Source: an uncultured Spirochaetia bacterium
Lineage (GTDB): Bacteria; Desulfobacterota_D; UBA1144; Nemesobacterales; UBA2774
NCBI GenBank assembly: GCA_964586675.1
Contig: CAZPHQ010000004.1
Span: 3,031 to 67,030 of the forward strand
Direction: 5' to 3'
DNA length: 64,000 nucleotides
Under the pieces are notes generated by a model, which was not told the DNA's origin, did no database searches, and worked only from the letters and a program-made list of their open reading frames with translations. A program made the translations under genes and the position numbers. Positions within the stretch are counted from its first letter, which is position 1. Every line of letters starts with the position of its first letter. Shown here one piece after another: positions 33,046-44,282 of the stretch.

Positions 33046-34326
33046 ATGACAACAAATGATGCTTATTCCTATCTCGATTCTCTCGGGTTCCACAAGATAA
33101 AACCGGGCCTGGAAAGGATAAAGGGCCTCCTTCGAAGGCTCGGAAGCCCGCACGAGAAGGTCCCCGCGGTAATTGTGGGCGGGACGAACGGCAAGGGCTC
33201 AGTGACGTCGGCAGTATCGTCCGTCCTGAGGGCGGAAGGCTACCTCACGGGCGACTACACATCGCCCCACCTCGTAAACCTCACGGAGAGGATAAAGCTC
33301 GGCGGGGATGAGATAAACCTGGACGAGCTAGCCTCGCTCATACTCCGCGTAAAGGACGCGGCGGAAGCCGATGGAGAGTCGCCGAGCTATTTCGAGGTCG
33401 TCACGGCCGCCGCCTTCCTCTATTTCGCCGAGCGCGGGGCTGAGTTCATGGTGCTCGAAGTCGGCATGGGCGGAAGGTGGGACGCAACGAACGTGACGAC
33501 GCCTCTTGTCTCGGTTATAACGAACGTCTCGAAAGACCACATGGAATATCTCGGCCGCACGATAGCCGCTATCGCCCTGGAGAAGGCCTGCATAATAAAG
33601 CCCGGTGTGCCGGTCGTAACGGCGGCCCGCGGGAGCGCGCTCAGGGTAATAAAGGACTACGCCCGGGACGCCGGGTCGCGGATTTACGTCTACGGGAAAG
33701 ACTATGAATCTTCGGGCGGCGGCACTAAGGGCTTCTCCTACTCGGGCAGGGAATGGAAGCTCGAAGGACTTTTCTCGACCCTGGCCGGACCCTACCAGCT
33801 CGATAATCTCTCGACGGCGATTTCCGCGCTCGAAACGCTAAGCCTCGACTGCGGCGTCCGAATAAGCGAGAGAAGTGTCAGGGAAGGCATATCCGACATA
33901 AGGTGGCCGGGGCGGCTCGAAACGCTCCGCGAGAACCCGCCCCTCATACTCGACAGCGCCCACAACCCCGGCGGCGGGAAGGCGCTCGCGAAGGCGCTCC
34001 GGGCCCTCTACCCGGGAACCCGTTTCACATTTCTCCTCGGCATGCTCGACGACAAGCAGCACGCCCCGTTCGTAAAGGAAATAGCTCCCCTGGCCGGAAA
34101 GCTCATCATAACCAAAGTTCCCTCATCGAGGACCGCGCCTGCTGAAAAGCTCCTCAGCGTCGCCGCCAGATACTTCGACTGCGAGATACGTGTAATAGAA
34201 GACTACGCCTCGGCCTACGAGGAGCTCATCGGCATGAACGAGCCCTCATGCATCGCCGGCTCCGTATACCTTGCCGGCGCGATAAGGAAGCTCATCGGGA
34301 GCGGAGCTAAAATCGACGCCCTTTGA
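33046..34326 (+). CDS. folC: Bifunctional folylpolyglutamate synthase / dihydrofolate synthase
   Basis: Mur-ligase P-loop VIVGGTNGKGSVTS; overall Mur ligase middle and C-terminal domain layout. Confidence 0.85.
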   Translation: MTTNDAYSYLDSLGFHKIKPGLERIKGLLRRLGSPHEKVPAVIVGGTNGKGSVTSAVSSVLRAEGYLTGDYTSPHLVNLTERIKLGGDEINLDELASLILRVKDAAEADGESPSYFEVVTAAAFLYFAERGAEFMVLEVGMGGRWDATNVTTPLVSVITNVSKDHMEYLGRTIAAIALEKACIIKPGVPVVTAARGSALRVIKDYARDAGSRIYVYGKDYESSGGGTKGFSYSGREWKLEGLFSTLAGPYQLDNLSTAISALETLSLDCGVRISERSVREGISDIRWPGRLETLRENPPLILDSAHNPGGGKALAKALRALYPGTRFTFLLGMLDDKQHAPFVKEIAPLAGKLIITKVPSSRTAPAEKLLSVAARYFDCEIRVIEDYASAYEELIGMNEPSCIAGSVYLAGAIRKLIGSGAKIDAL

Positions 34327-34379
34327 GCCCGCCGCATAGTGTGCTACGTTTATCACATTAATTTCCGGAGGCGCGCGAA

Positions 34380-35414
34380 ATGCCCAAAGTAGGCATAGTC
34401 ATCGACAAGCTCTTCGTCGATCACGATAACGGCATGGGACATCCAGAATCGAGCGAGCGTATACTCGCGATAGCCGATATGCTGAGGCACACAGGCATGA
34501 GGGACGAGGTCACGATACTGGAGCCGAGGGACGCGGCGAAGGAAGAGATATGCCTCGTTCACACGCCGGAGCATTACGAGAAAATGGCGGCGACAAGGGG
34601 AAGGCCGCGCGTATTCCTCGACGCCGACACCACGACCAGCCCGGCATCGTTCGACGCGGCTGTGAGGGCGGCGGGCGGGATGCTGTCGTCCATAGACGCG
34701 ATACTAGAAGGCAGTATAGACCGGGCGTTTCCGTTCGTGAGGCCGCCTGGACATCACGCCGAAGCCGACAGGGCGATGGGCTTCTGCCTCTTTAACAACG
34801 CCGCGGTCGGCGGCGCGTATCTTACGCAGCTAAAAGGCGTCGAGCGGGTGCTCATAGTCGACTGGGACGTCCACCACGGGAACGGCACTCAGCACATGTT
34901 CTACGATAGAAACGATGTGCTTTACTTTTCTACGCACCAGTTCCCGTTCTACCCCGGCACAGGGGCGCTCCACGAAACAGGCTTGGGAGAGGGCGAGGGA
35001 TATACTGTTAACGTCCCGCTGCCGGAAGGCATGGGCGACGCCGAATATATCAAGATATTCTCCGAGATACTGGGCCCTGTTATAGAACAGTATAAGCCGG
35101 GATTCATACTCGTCTCCGCCGGGTTCGATACCTTCTTCGAAGACCCGCTCGGCGGGATGCGCGTCACCCCCGAAGGCTTCGCGCAGCAGGCGAGGTTCAT
35201 GCTCGACGCAGCGGATAAACATTCCAATGGTAAGATTGCATTTATACTCGAAGGCGGATACAACCTCGACGGGCTATGGATCTCGACGAAGGAAGTGCTC
35301 GAAGAGCTCCTCGACAAGAAGCGGACCGATTACGACATCGGCCAGCAGGCGACGGCGGCCGACGAAGTGATCGAAAAGGTGAAAAAGGAGCACTCCCGGT
35401 TCTGGGAGTTTTAG
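34380..35414 (+). CDS. Histone deacetylase-family protein (AcuC/AphA-like deacetylase)
   Basis: HDAC class motifs HPESSERI, RPPGHHA, GFCLFNNAAVG and DWDVHHGNGTQ (Zn-ligand Asp/His). Confidence 0.8.
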   Translation: MPKVGIVIDKLFVDHDNGMGHPESSERILAIADMLRHTGMRDEVTILEPRDAAKEEICLVHTPEHYEKMAATRGRPRVFLDADTTTSPASFDAAVRAAGGMLSSIDAILEGSIDRAFPFVRPPGHHAEADRAMGFCLFNNAAVGGAYLTQLKGVERVLIVDWDVHHGNGTQHMFYDRNDVLYFSTHQFPFYPGTGALHETGLGEGEGYTVNVPLPEGMGDAEYIKIFSEILGPVIEQYKPGFILVSAGFDTFFEDPLGGMRVTPEGFAQQARFMLDAADKHSNGKIAFILEGGYNLDGLWISTKEVLEELLDKKRTDYDIGQQATAADEVIEKVKKEHSRFWEF

Positions 35415-35417
35415 GGC

Positions 35418-36248
35418 TTAAGCCTTACGGGCTTTCCTTCTGTAGTCTTTACCTTCAAGGTACAGGAACTCGCACATCTCGAAGAGCCGCGACGCTATCC
35501 TCTCCCCTACCCTCGCCTCGAGTATCTCCGTCGTGTCGCCCTTCTCGCGCGCTATCTCGCGCGTGACGTAATTCGTCGTGGCGAGCGTCTGACGCGAGGC
35601 GTTGTAGCGCTTGGATATGAGCTGATCGAGTATGTTGAGCTCCCACTCGCTGCTCCTCCCCTTCCCGAGCTCGTCTATGACGAGCACCTCGGCCTCGACG
35701 AGCGGCAGTATGACGTCGTTCTCCGGCGTGCCTTCAGAGTAGGCCTGCTTAAGCTCGGAGAGGAGATAAAAGAAATCCTTGAACATGCACTTCACGCCGT
35801 GCCCGAGGGTCAGCTCCGCAATCGTGCCGACTGCAAGGTGCGTCTTCCCGAGCCCGGACGCCCCCATGAGCAGAAACCCTTTTTTAGTCGGGAATTTTTT
35901 TACGAACTCCTCCTTGGCATAAATGAGCGCCTTCTGGAGCGACTGGTTCATGGAGCCGGGAGAGAGCCCCGCGTCCACCTGGTTGACGTGTAAGTACTTG
36001 GCCGGGATGCCCGCGCCGTTATATAGCCTGACGTTCCGCCTGACGACCCCGCACGCGGCGCAGGAAGAGATTTTTGCGTACCCGTTCTCGTTCCGTTTCA
36101 TGACGTTGCCGCTGCCCTCGCACGTCTCGCAGTTATCGACGCACTGGCAGAGGACAGCCCGCGCATAGTTCCCGCTCGTCCTGACAGTGTACCCGGCGTA
36201 GTGGCATTCCTCGCACCCGGCGGATTTTTTCTTCTTCGAAAGTATCAA
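35418..36248 (-). CDS. DnaC/DnaI/IstB-like AAA+ ATPase with N-terminal Cys-rich zinc-ribbon domain (putative helicase loader)
   Basis: N-terminus has 10 Cys in CxxC-type pairs (CEEC...CQCVDNCETCEGSG...CAAC). Walker A GASGLGKTHLA, Walker B VLVIDELG and sensor/arginine-finger regions follow as in DnaC/DnaI. Confidence 0.6.
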   Translation of the reverse strand: MILSKKKKSAGCEECHYAGYTVRTSGNYARAVLCQCVDNCETCEGSGNVMKRNENGYAKISSCAACGVVRRNVRLYNGAGIPAKYLHVNQVDAGLSPGSMNQSLQKALIYAKEEFVKKFPTKKGFLLMGASGLGKTHLAVGTIAELTLGHGVKCMFKDFFYLLSELKQAYSEGTPENDVILPLVEAEVLVIDELGKGRSSEWELNILDQLISKRYNASRQTLATTNYVTREIAREKGDTTEILEARVGERIASRLFEMCEFLYLEGKDYRRKARKA

Positions 36249-36249
36249 G

Positions 36250-36903
36250 CTACACCACGCTCTCTATCGAATATTTCCTGCTCAGTATCTCGTTCCTGAA
36301 CGATACCAGGCTCTCGGCATAAGCCTTTTCGGTCATGAGCCGTGCCCTCTCGCCCAGCTTCCCGCGCGCCTCGGCCTCTATCTTCTCCCGCTCTTTTTCC
36401 GGGAGGGATGCGAAGAGCTCGTCCATCGCTTCACCTATCAGTTGCGGTAACGGCGCATCATCTTCGCCGCTCTCCGACTTTAATATGCGTGTCCTGAGGC
36501 CGGAGTAATATTTCTTCACCTGCTCCCTCTTCTCGGACTCGATCAGCCTGCCGAGCCTCTCGGTTATAGAGAGCTCGGGGCCTGCGCCGCTGCCAGTCTC
36601 CGCCATACTTATTCTGCTTTTCACGCCGGGCGCGCCGTACCCGTATTCCTCCGCGCACGTCTCTATGAATTCGGCGCACTGCCTGAGCCCCCTTATCGAG
36701 CCGCCCGGCATGGCCTTCCGCCCCTTGTCGCCGAAGGCCCGGCTTATGCCCCTCATAACTATCTCTTCAGGCAGGCCGGCGTCTCTCCAGCCGCGTATGA
36801 GGTCGTAGTCTATGGATGAGAGCATTATCCCCTCGCCCGCGAGCGAGAGGAAATATTCTTCCACGCGTTTTATATAATTTGCCCCCGGGCTCATTCCTGG
36901 CAT
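36250..36903 (-). CDS. DnaD-domain (DnaB_2 / replication initiation and membrane attachment) protein, probable partner of the downstream loader ATPase
   Basis: LSSIDYDLIRGWRDAGLPEEIVMRGISRAF fits the DnaD C-terminal consensus (LSP.E.E.I..W..E.G...ELI..AL..A). It lies 2 bp upstream of the DnaC-like gene on the same strand. Confidence 0.45.
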   Translation of the reverse strand: MPGMSPGANYIKRVEEYFLSLAGEGIMLSSIDYDLIRGWRDAGLPEEIVMRGISRAFGDKGRKAMPGGSIRGLRQCAEFIETCAEEYGYGAPGVKSRISMAETGSGAGPELSITERLGRLIESEKREQVKKYYSGLRTRILKSESGEDDAPLPQLIGEAMDELFASLPEKEREKIEAEARGKLGERARLMTEKAYAESLVSFRNEILSRKYSIESVV

Positions 36904-37000
36904 AACAATTTTAAACCAATAACGGCTTAACCGGAAGCGGGCGCGAATCCGGGAAGCCGTGGGCTCCGCGCTAACGGCAGTCGCGGCAGCGCGGAACGGC

Positions 37001-37672
37001 TTATTTACCCGAGACCGCTTTTCTCATGAGAGCTATGGTTTCGGCGTAGCTTTCCGTGTGAAAGATGCCCGAGCCGGAGACTATGGCGTCCGCGCCGGCC
37101 TCGGCTATGACGTGTATGTTGTCGAGCTTTATGCCGCCGTCCACTTCTATAAGCGGCTTATGCTCCGAGCGGTCGATGATATCCCGGAGCTTTCTCACCT
37201 TCGGCACCATCGAGTGTATGAACTTCTGCCCGGCGAACCCCGGCTCGACAGTCATTATCAATATCATGTCGACGTACTCGAAAACCTCTTCGAGGGCGGA
37301 GAGCGGCGTAGTCGGGTTGAGCGCTATTCCTGCGCTCACTCCCCGCGACTTGATCGCCGATATAGTGCTGTAGAGGAGCTTGCAGGTCTCTATCTGGACG
37401 GTTACGCCCCGGACAGCGTCGCCGCCGGCGTCGATGAACTTTTCCACGAACTCGTCCGGGTTGTCTATCATAAGGTGTATATCCATCGGCGGTGGGTCCG
37501 ACTTCGCGAGGGATTCGACGACCGGGATGCCTATGCTGATGTTCGGAACAAAATGCCCGTCCATGACGTCCACGTGAATCCAGTCGGCCCCGGCCTCCTT
37601 AACCGCCCTGACCTCGTCCCCGAGCTTGGCGAAATCCGCAGAAAGTATTGACGGCACTATTAATTTTTTCAT
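37001..37672 (-). CDS. rpe: Ribulose-phosphate 3-epimerase
   Basis: PSILSADFAKLG...HVDVMDGHFVPN N-terminal signature. TIM-barrel size ~223 aa. Confidence 0.9.
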   Translation of the reverse strand: MKKLIVPSILSADFAKLGDEVRAVKEAGADWIHVDVMDGHFVPNISIGIPVVESLAKSDPPPMDIHLMIDNPDEFVEKFIDAGGDAVRGVTVQIETCKLLYSTISAIKSRGVSAGIALNPTTPLSALEEVFEYVDMILIMTVEPGFAGQKFIHSMVPKVRKLRDIIDRSEHKPLIEVDGGIKLDNIHVIAEAGADAIVSGSGIFHTESYAETIALMRKAVSGK

Positions 37673-37897
37673 TGTATCCTTCCCGTTGCTTGTTTTTCGG
37701 GACCGCCTTCCCCCCGATTTCCGGGTACGGATTATACCATGCCATGCCGCCCGTGGAAAAATCTCCCCCGCGCCGCCGTAAATCCCCGGAGCGAGGGGCC
37801 GATACGCGCCTCCCGGGCTTCTTGACAGGGCTTTTAAAACTATTTACGCTATCCCGTTTTGTTACAAAATACTCATTCCATACAAAGGACTTAATAC

Positions 37898-40358
<2,461 letters not shown>

Positions 40359-40377
40359 TATAGTAGAATGAAAATCA

Positions 40378-41265
40378 ATGAACGACCTTCTCGACTCATT
40401 CCTTTCGTTTCTGGTGGTTGAAAAAGGTCTTTCAGAAAACACGCTGGAATCTTACGGGAGGGACCTTAAAAAGTTCCTCCTTTTTATTGAATCCCGGGGC
40501 ATAACCTCCGCCCGCGAAATCAGGTACGGCGACATACTCGACTTCATGACCCATTCCCGCGAGGAAGGCCTCGGCGCGACCTCGATCGTGAGGAGCATGG
40601 TCTCGGTGAAGCAGTTCTTCAAGTACCTCCTCTCGGAGAAGGTGCTCTCCGAGGACCCGACCGCTCACATAAAAACCCCGAAAATGAAAAAGGCCATACC
40701 CGGCGTGATATCCCTGGACGACGTCGAGAGCATACTCGGCGCGCCCGACGAATCCACCCCCGAGGGGCTCCGCGACGCCGCCATGCTGGAGATTCTATAC
40801 GCGACGGGGATAAGGGTGTCGGAGCTTATCGGGCTCAAGCTGAACGATGTCAACTTCGAGCTCGGCTTCGTCGTCGTTTACGGCAAGGGCTCTAAGGAGC
40901 GGGTCGTCCCCATAGGGGATAAAGCCAGGGACAAGCTCCTTTTATACCTCCGCGATTCGAGGCCCGCGCTCCTCAAAGGCCGGGAGTCGAAGGCCCTCTT
41001 CGTCACGCGGCGCGGCGCCGGGATGACAAGGCAGGGGTTCTGGAAGATAATAAAGGCCCAGGCGCTTAAGGCCGGGGTAACGAAAAAGATAAGCCCGCAT
41101 ACCCTCCGGCACTCGTTCGCGACTCATCTGCTGGAGCGCGGGGCCGACCTCAGGACAATACAGATAATGCTCGGGCATTCAGACATTTCGACGACCCAGA
41201 TTTACACCCACGTCGAGAGCGAGCGCCTGAAGGAGATTCACAAAAAATATCATCCGAGATCGTAA
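40378..41265 (+). CDS. xerD: Tyrosine site-specific recombinase XerD
   Basis: N-terminal SAM-like core-binding domain (LSENTLESYGRDL); catalytic R...HxxR...Y tail (HTLRHSFATHLLERGADLRTIQIMLGHSDISTTQIYTH). Confidence 0.85.
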   Translation: MNDLLDSFLSFLVVEKGLSENTLESYGRDLKKFLLFIESRGITSAREIRYGDILDFMTHSREEGLGATSIVRSMVSVKQFFKYLLSEKVLSEDPTAHIKTPKMKKAIPGVISLDDVESILGAPDESTPEGLRDAAMLEILYATGIRVSELIGLKLNDVNFELGFVVVYGKGSKERVVPIGDKARDKLLLYLRDSRPALLKGRESKALFVTRRGAGMTRQGFWKIIKAQALKAGVTKKISPHTLRHSFATHLLERGADLRTIQIMLGHSDISTTQIYTHVESERLKEIHKKYHPRS

Positions 41266-41318
41266 TCTCCCCGGAATCGAGTATATTATTCCGGACAAGA
41301 TAAAGTTCCACACAACCT

Positions 41319-42005
41319 ATGAATTTCGACTTTCTCAATAATATAGATCTCTTGCTTATACAGGCCCCGGTGATACTCCTCTCCCTCACGGTGCACGAGT
41401 ATTTTCACGGCTGGACAGCCAACAAGCTCGGAGACCCGACGGCAAAGATGCAGGGAAGGCTCACCTTAAACCCCATAGCGCATCTCGACATACTGGGGAC
41501 GATACTCATGTTCGTCGTAGGCTTCGGGTGGGCTAAGCCGGTTCCGATAGACCCCCGTAACTTCAAGGACCCGAAAAAAGACACGATACTCGTCGCCATA
41601 GCCGGCCCGCTTTCGAACCTCGCCATGGCGCTCGCCGCAGGCCTTGCGCTAAGATACATGATCCCAAAGATGGTGAGCGGCGAGATAAACTCCGAAGGCG
41701 TGTATCCCGTAGTTGCCATCATACTGATTCTCACCCTGTTCTACGGGATAGCGTTGGCTGTTTTCAACATGATACCGATACCGCCCCTAGACGGCTCGCG
41801 CGTGCTTTACGGAATACTTCCCAACCGCTATGCCTACGCCTACAGCAGGTTCGAGCCCTACGGCGTCATTTTCCTGTTCCTGCTCTTCATATTCGGCGGG
41901 GGGGTCTTCAAATACCTCCTCCTGCCCGTCTCATACATTTCCGTCAAGCTCTCGGGGTACAATTCCGGCACGCTTTGGGGTATTATAGATGCGTTGCTGA
42001 AATGA
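41319..42005 (+). CDS. Site-2 protease-family (M50) membrane metalloprotease
   Basis: HEYFHG (HExxH) within the first TM helix; multi-pass hydrophobic protein; LDGSRV motif near the third zinc-ligand region. Confidence 0.75.
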   Translation: MNFDFLNNIDLLLIQAPVILLSLTVHEYFHGWTANKLGDPTAKMQGRLTLNPIAHLDILGTILMFVVGFGWAKPVPIDPRNFKDPKKDTILVAIAGPLSNLAMALAAGLALRYMIPKMVSGEINSEGVYPVVAIILILTLFYGIALAVFNMIPIPPLDGSRVLYGILPNRYAYAYSRFEPYGVIFLFLLFIFGGGVFKYLLLPVSYISVKLSGYNSGTLWGIIDALLK

Positions 42006-42034
42006 ACGGAAACGCCGGACACGAAGCCGAATCG

Positions 42035-42781
42035 ATGCAGACCCGGGAGCCATGCCTCGTTAAGGTGCAGCTCTTCGAGGGCCCGCTCGACCTCCTTCTC
42101 CACCTCATCAAGAAAAACGAAGTAGACATATACGACATCCCGATAGCGGCGATCACCGAGCAGTACATCGAGTACCTCGAATTCATGAAGGACCTCGACC
42201 TCCAGGTCGTTGGCGAATATCTAGTCATAGCGGCTGAGCTGAGCCTGATAAAGTCGCGCATGCTGCTGCCGAAGCCCGTCATAGAAGAGGACGAGACAGA
42301 CCCCCGCGCCGAGCTCGTGAGGAGGCTCATCGAGTACCAGAAATACAAGGACGCCGCTTCGGACCTCATCGAAAGGCCCATACTCGGGCGGGATGTGTTC
42401 AAGAGGGACTTCGACGGCTCGGAGGCTCTAGTCGAGGAAGAGGTCGAGCTCGTCCCTGTGAGCCTCTGGGCGCTTATCGAAACCTTCCGCGAGTTCTACA
42501 ACCGGAGGAGCCATCTCTGGACGGAAGACATAGTCTACAAAGTCGAGAGCGTAACCCTCGAAGAGAAAATACACGAGATAATGACGAGGCTCAGGCAGAG
42601 GCATACGCTGAAGTTCACGGAATTCCTCGACGACTGCTCGTCCAGGTTCGACCTCGTCCTGACATTCCTCGCGATCCTCGAGCTCGCGCGCTCGGAGAAT
42701 ATCAGGATCACCCAGGAGGCCCACGCGGGCGACATCATCATATCCCACCACACCGGAGAGAACGAGCTTGGAGCCTACTGA
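42035..42781 (+). CDS. scpA: Segregation and condensation protein A
   Basis: LFEGPLDLLLHLIKKNEVDIYDIPIAAIT is the kleisin N-terminal signature. The start is set at the ATG at 42035; the ORF track begins at 41975, overlapping the preceding gene. Confidence 0.8.
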   Translation: MQTREPCLVKVQLFEGPLDLLLHLIKKNEVDIYDIPIAAITEQYIEYLEFMKDLDLQVVGEYLVIAAELSLIKSRMLLPKPVIEEDETDPRAELVRRLIEYQKYKDAASDLIERPILGRDVFKRDFDGSEALVEEEVELVPVSLWALIETFREFYNRRSHLWTEDIVYKVESVTLEEKIHEIMTRLRQRHTLKFTEFLDDCSSRFDLVLTFLAILELARSENIRITQEAHAGDIIISHHTGENELGAY

Positions 42782-43343
42782 CATCAGAAAAGCCATCGAG
42801 GCCGTGATATTCATATCGGACCAGCCCGTAACCGTCGACAAGCTCATGCAGGTATTCACGGAGCTCGAACGGGCGGACATTAAAAGACACCTGAAAGAGC
42901 TCATAGAGGAATGGGCCGGGTACGGCAGGGGATTCAGGCTCGAGGAAGTGGCTGGAGGTTACCAGTTCAGGACAGACCCCGTACACGCCGACTTCATAGC
43001 GAGCTTCAACAAGAAAGTCCGGAAGTTCAGGCTCAGCCGCGCTGCGCTCGAAGTGATAGCCATAATCGCATACAAGCAGCCGGTGACGAAAGTGGAAGTC
43101 GAAAGCATAAGGGGCGTCGATTCCTCGGGCGTCATCAATGCCCTCCTCGAAAGGCGCATACTCGAAATAAAGGGCCGAAAAGAAGTCATCGGGAAACCGT
43201 TTCTTTACGGGACGACAGAGGAGTTTCTGGAAGTCTTCGGCTTAAAGAGCCTCAACGACCTCCCGACGCTCAAGGAAATAGACGACATAAGCAAGAACCT
43301 CGACCCCGGCATATCCCAAACCCCCGAGGCGCTGGCCGAATGA
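42768..43343 (+). CDS. scpB: Segregation and condensation protein B
   Basis: IEAVIFISDQPV N-terminus, tandem winged-helix layout, overlap with the scpA stop. Confidence 0.85.
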   Translation: MEPTDIRKAIEAVIFISDQPVTVDKLMQVFTELERADIKRHLKELIEEWAGYGRGFRLEEVAGGYQFRTDPVHADFIASFNKKVRKFRLSRAALEVIAIIAYKQPVTKVEVESIRGVDSSGVINALLERRILEIKGRKEVIGKPFLYGTTEEFLEVFGLKSLNDLPTLKEIDDISKNLDPGISQTPEALAE

Positions 43344-43366
43344 GGCCGGGCGCGGAGGGATAGGCC

Positions 43367-44164
43367 ATGACCCCCGACGAAACCTTCGGCGAGATCAAAA
43401 GCCTCCTTTCCGAATCAGGATTCAACATATTCGTCAGAATAAGAGCGGCCGATTACGACGGCTCCGTTCCGTCCAATCGGCGGACAGAGGCGACAATGGA
43501 CGGCGCGGAATCGATAATACTCGCCGGCTTCGGCGGGAACTCGTTCTGGAAAATCTTCAACGCATATCTCGATAAAAATCCCGCCTTTCGAGAGAGCCAC
43601 ACGGACCTCATAGACAGCTACACCGTTCTCAATATGAGCCGCGCGGGGGAGATGCTCGACTCTTCAGGCTTCAGCTACGCCCTTTCCTACCCCTTCGGCG
43701 AGAACGCGCTCGGGCTCGATTTCGTCGCGCTAGGAAGGCTCGGAGGCGCGGGTGTCGGGAGCCTGCTCGGGATACTGATCAACCCCGTCTTCGGGACGTG
43801 GATTTCCCTCCGGGCCGCCATACTCACCGACGCCGGGCTTTCGGAATACGACAACCCGTTAGAGGGGTTCGACCCCTGCCCTTCCTGCGACAAGCCCTGC
43901 ATCGCCGCCTGCCCCGCGCATACGGTTTCGGAAAGCGGATGGGACTGGGAATCGTGCATGGAGTGGAGGATGGAAACTGATGTATGCTCGGCGCGCTGCG
44001 CCTCGCGGGTCGCGTGCCCGTGGGGGAGCGAAGAGAGATACAGCCCCGAGCAGATGGCGTATCACCATTCCTTCGTCCTTAAAAGCGCACGCGCCTGGTT
44101 CTCCAAGCACCCGCGCACTGGCCGCGCGCCTTCGGACAAAGACAACCGTGTAAAATCCCGGTAA
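43367..44164 (+). CDS. Putative iron-sulfur cluster protein (QueG/DUF1730-like ferredoxin-domain protein)
   Basis: Cys cluster CPSCDKPCIAACP, then a second Cys-rich stretch (C..C...C.....CP). The resemblance to the epoxyqueuosine reductase N-terminal region is only loose. Confidence 0.4.
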   Translation: MTPDETFGEIKSLLSESGFNIFVRIRAADYDGSVPSNRRTEATMDGAESIILAGFGGNSFWKIFNAYLDKNPAFRESHTDLIDSYTVLNMSRAGEMLDSSGFSYALSYPFGENALGLDFVALGRLGGAGVGSLLGILINPVFGTWISLRAAILTDAGLSEYDNPLEGFDPCPSCDKPCIAACPAHTVSESGWDWESCMEWRMETDVCSARCASRVACPWGSEERYSPEQMAYHHSFVLKSARAWFSKHPRTGRAPSDKDNRVKSR

Positions 44165-44282
44165 TATTAATCCCGGCTGAAGAATCGCAAAATTCATAAA
44201 TAACACCGCCGGATAGTCGCCCGGGGCACGAAAACTAGCCCTGAAGCGTGGCTTTTTACATCCCGGCCGGAAGGCTTTCGAA

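Noticed and set aside
36904-37000. GCGCGAATCC motif suggesting a tRNA fragment between the DnaD-like gene and rpe
   Set aside because: No cloverleaf could be folded. Only a direct repeat of GGAAGC is present.
37673-37897. SAM riboswitch upstream of metK
   Set aside because: I saw no SAM-I/SAM-II/SAM-SAH consensus elements (no kink-turn/pseudoknot signature). Only a plausible sigma70-like TTGACA...TAT promoter is present.
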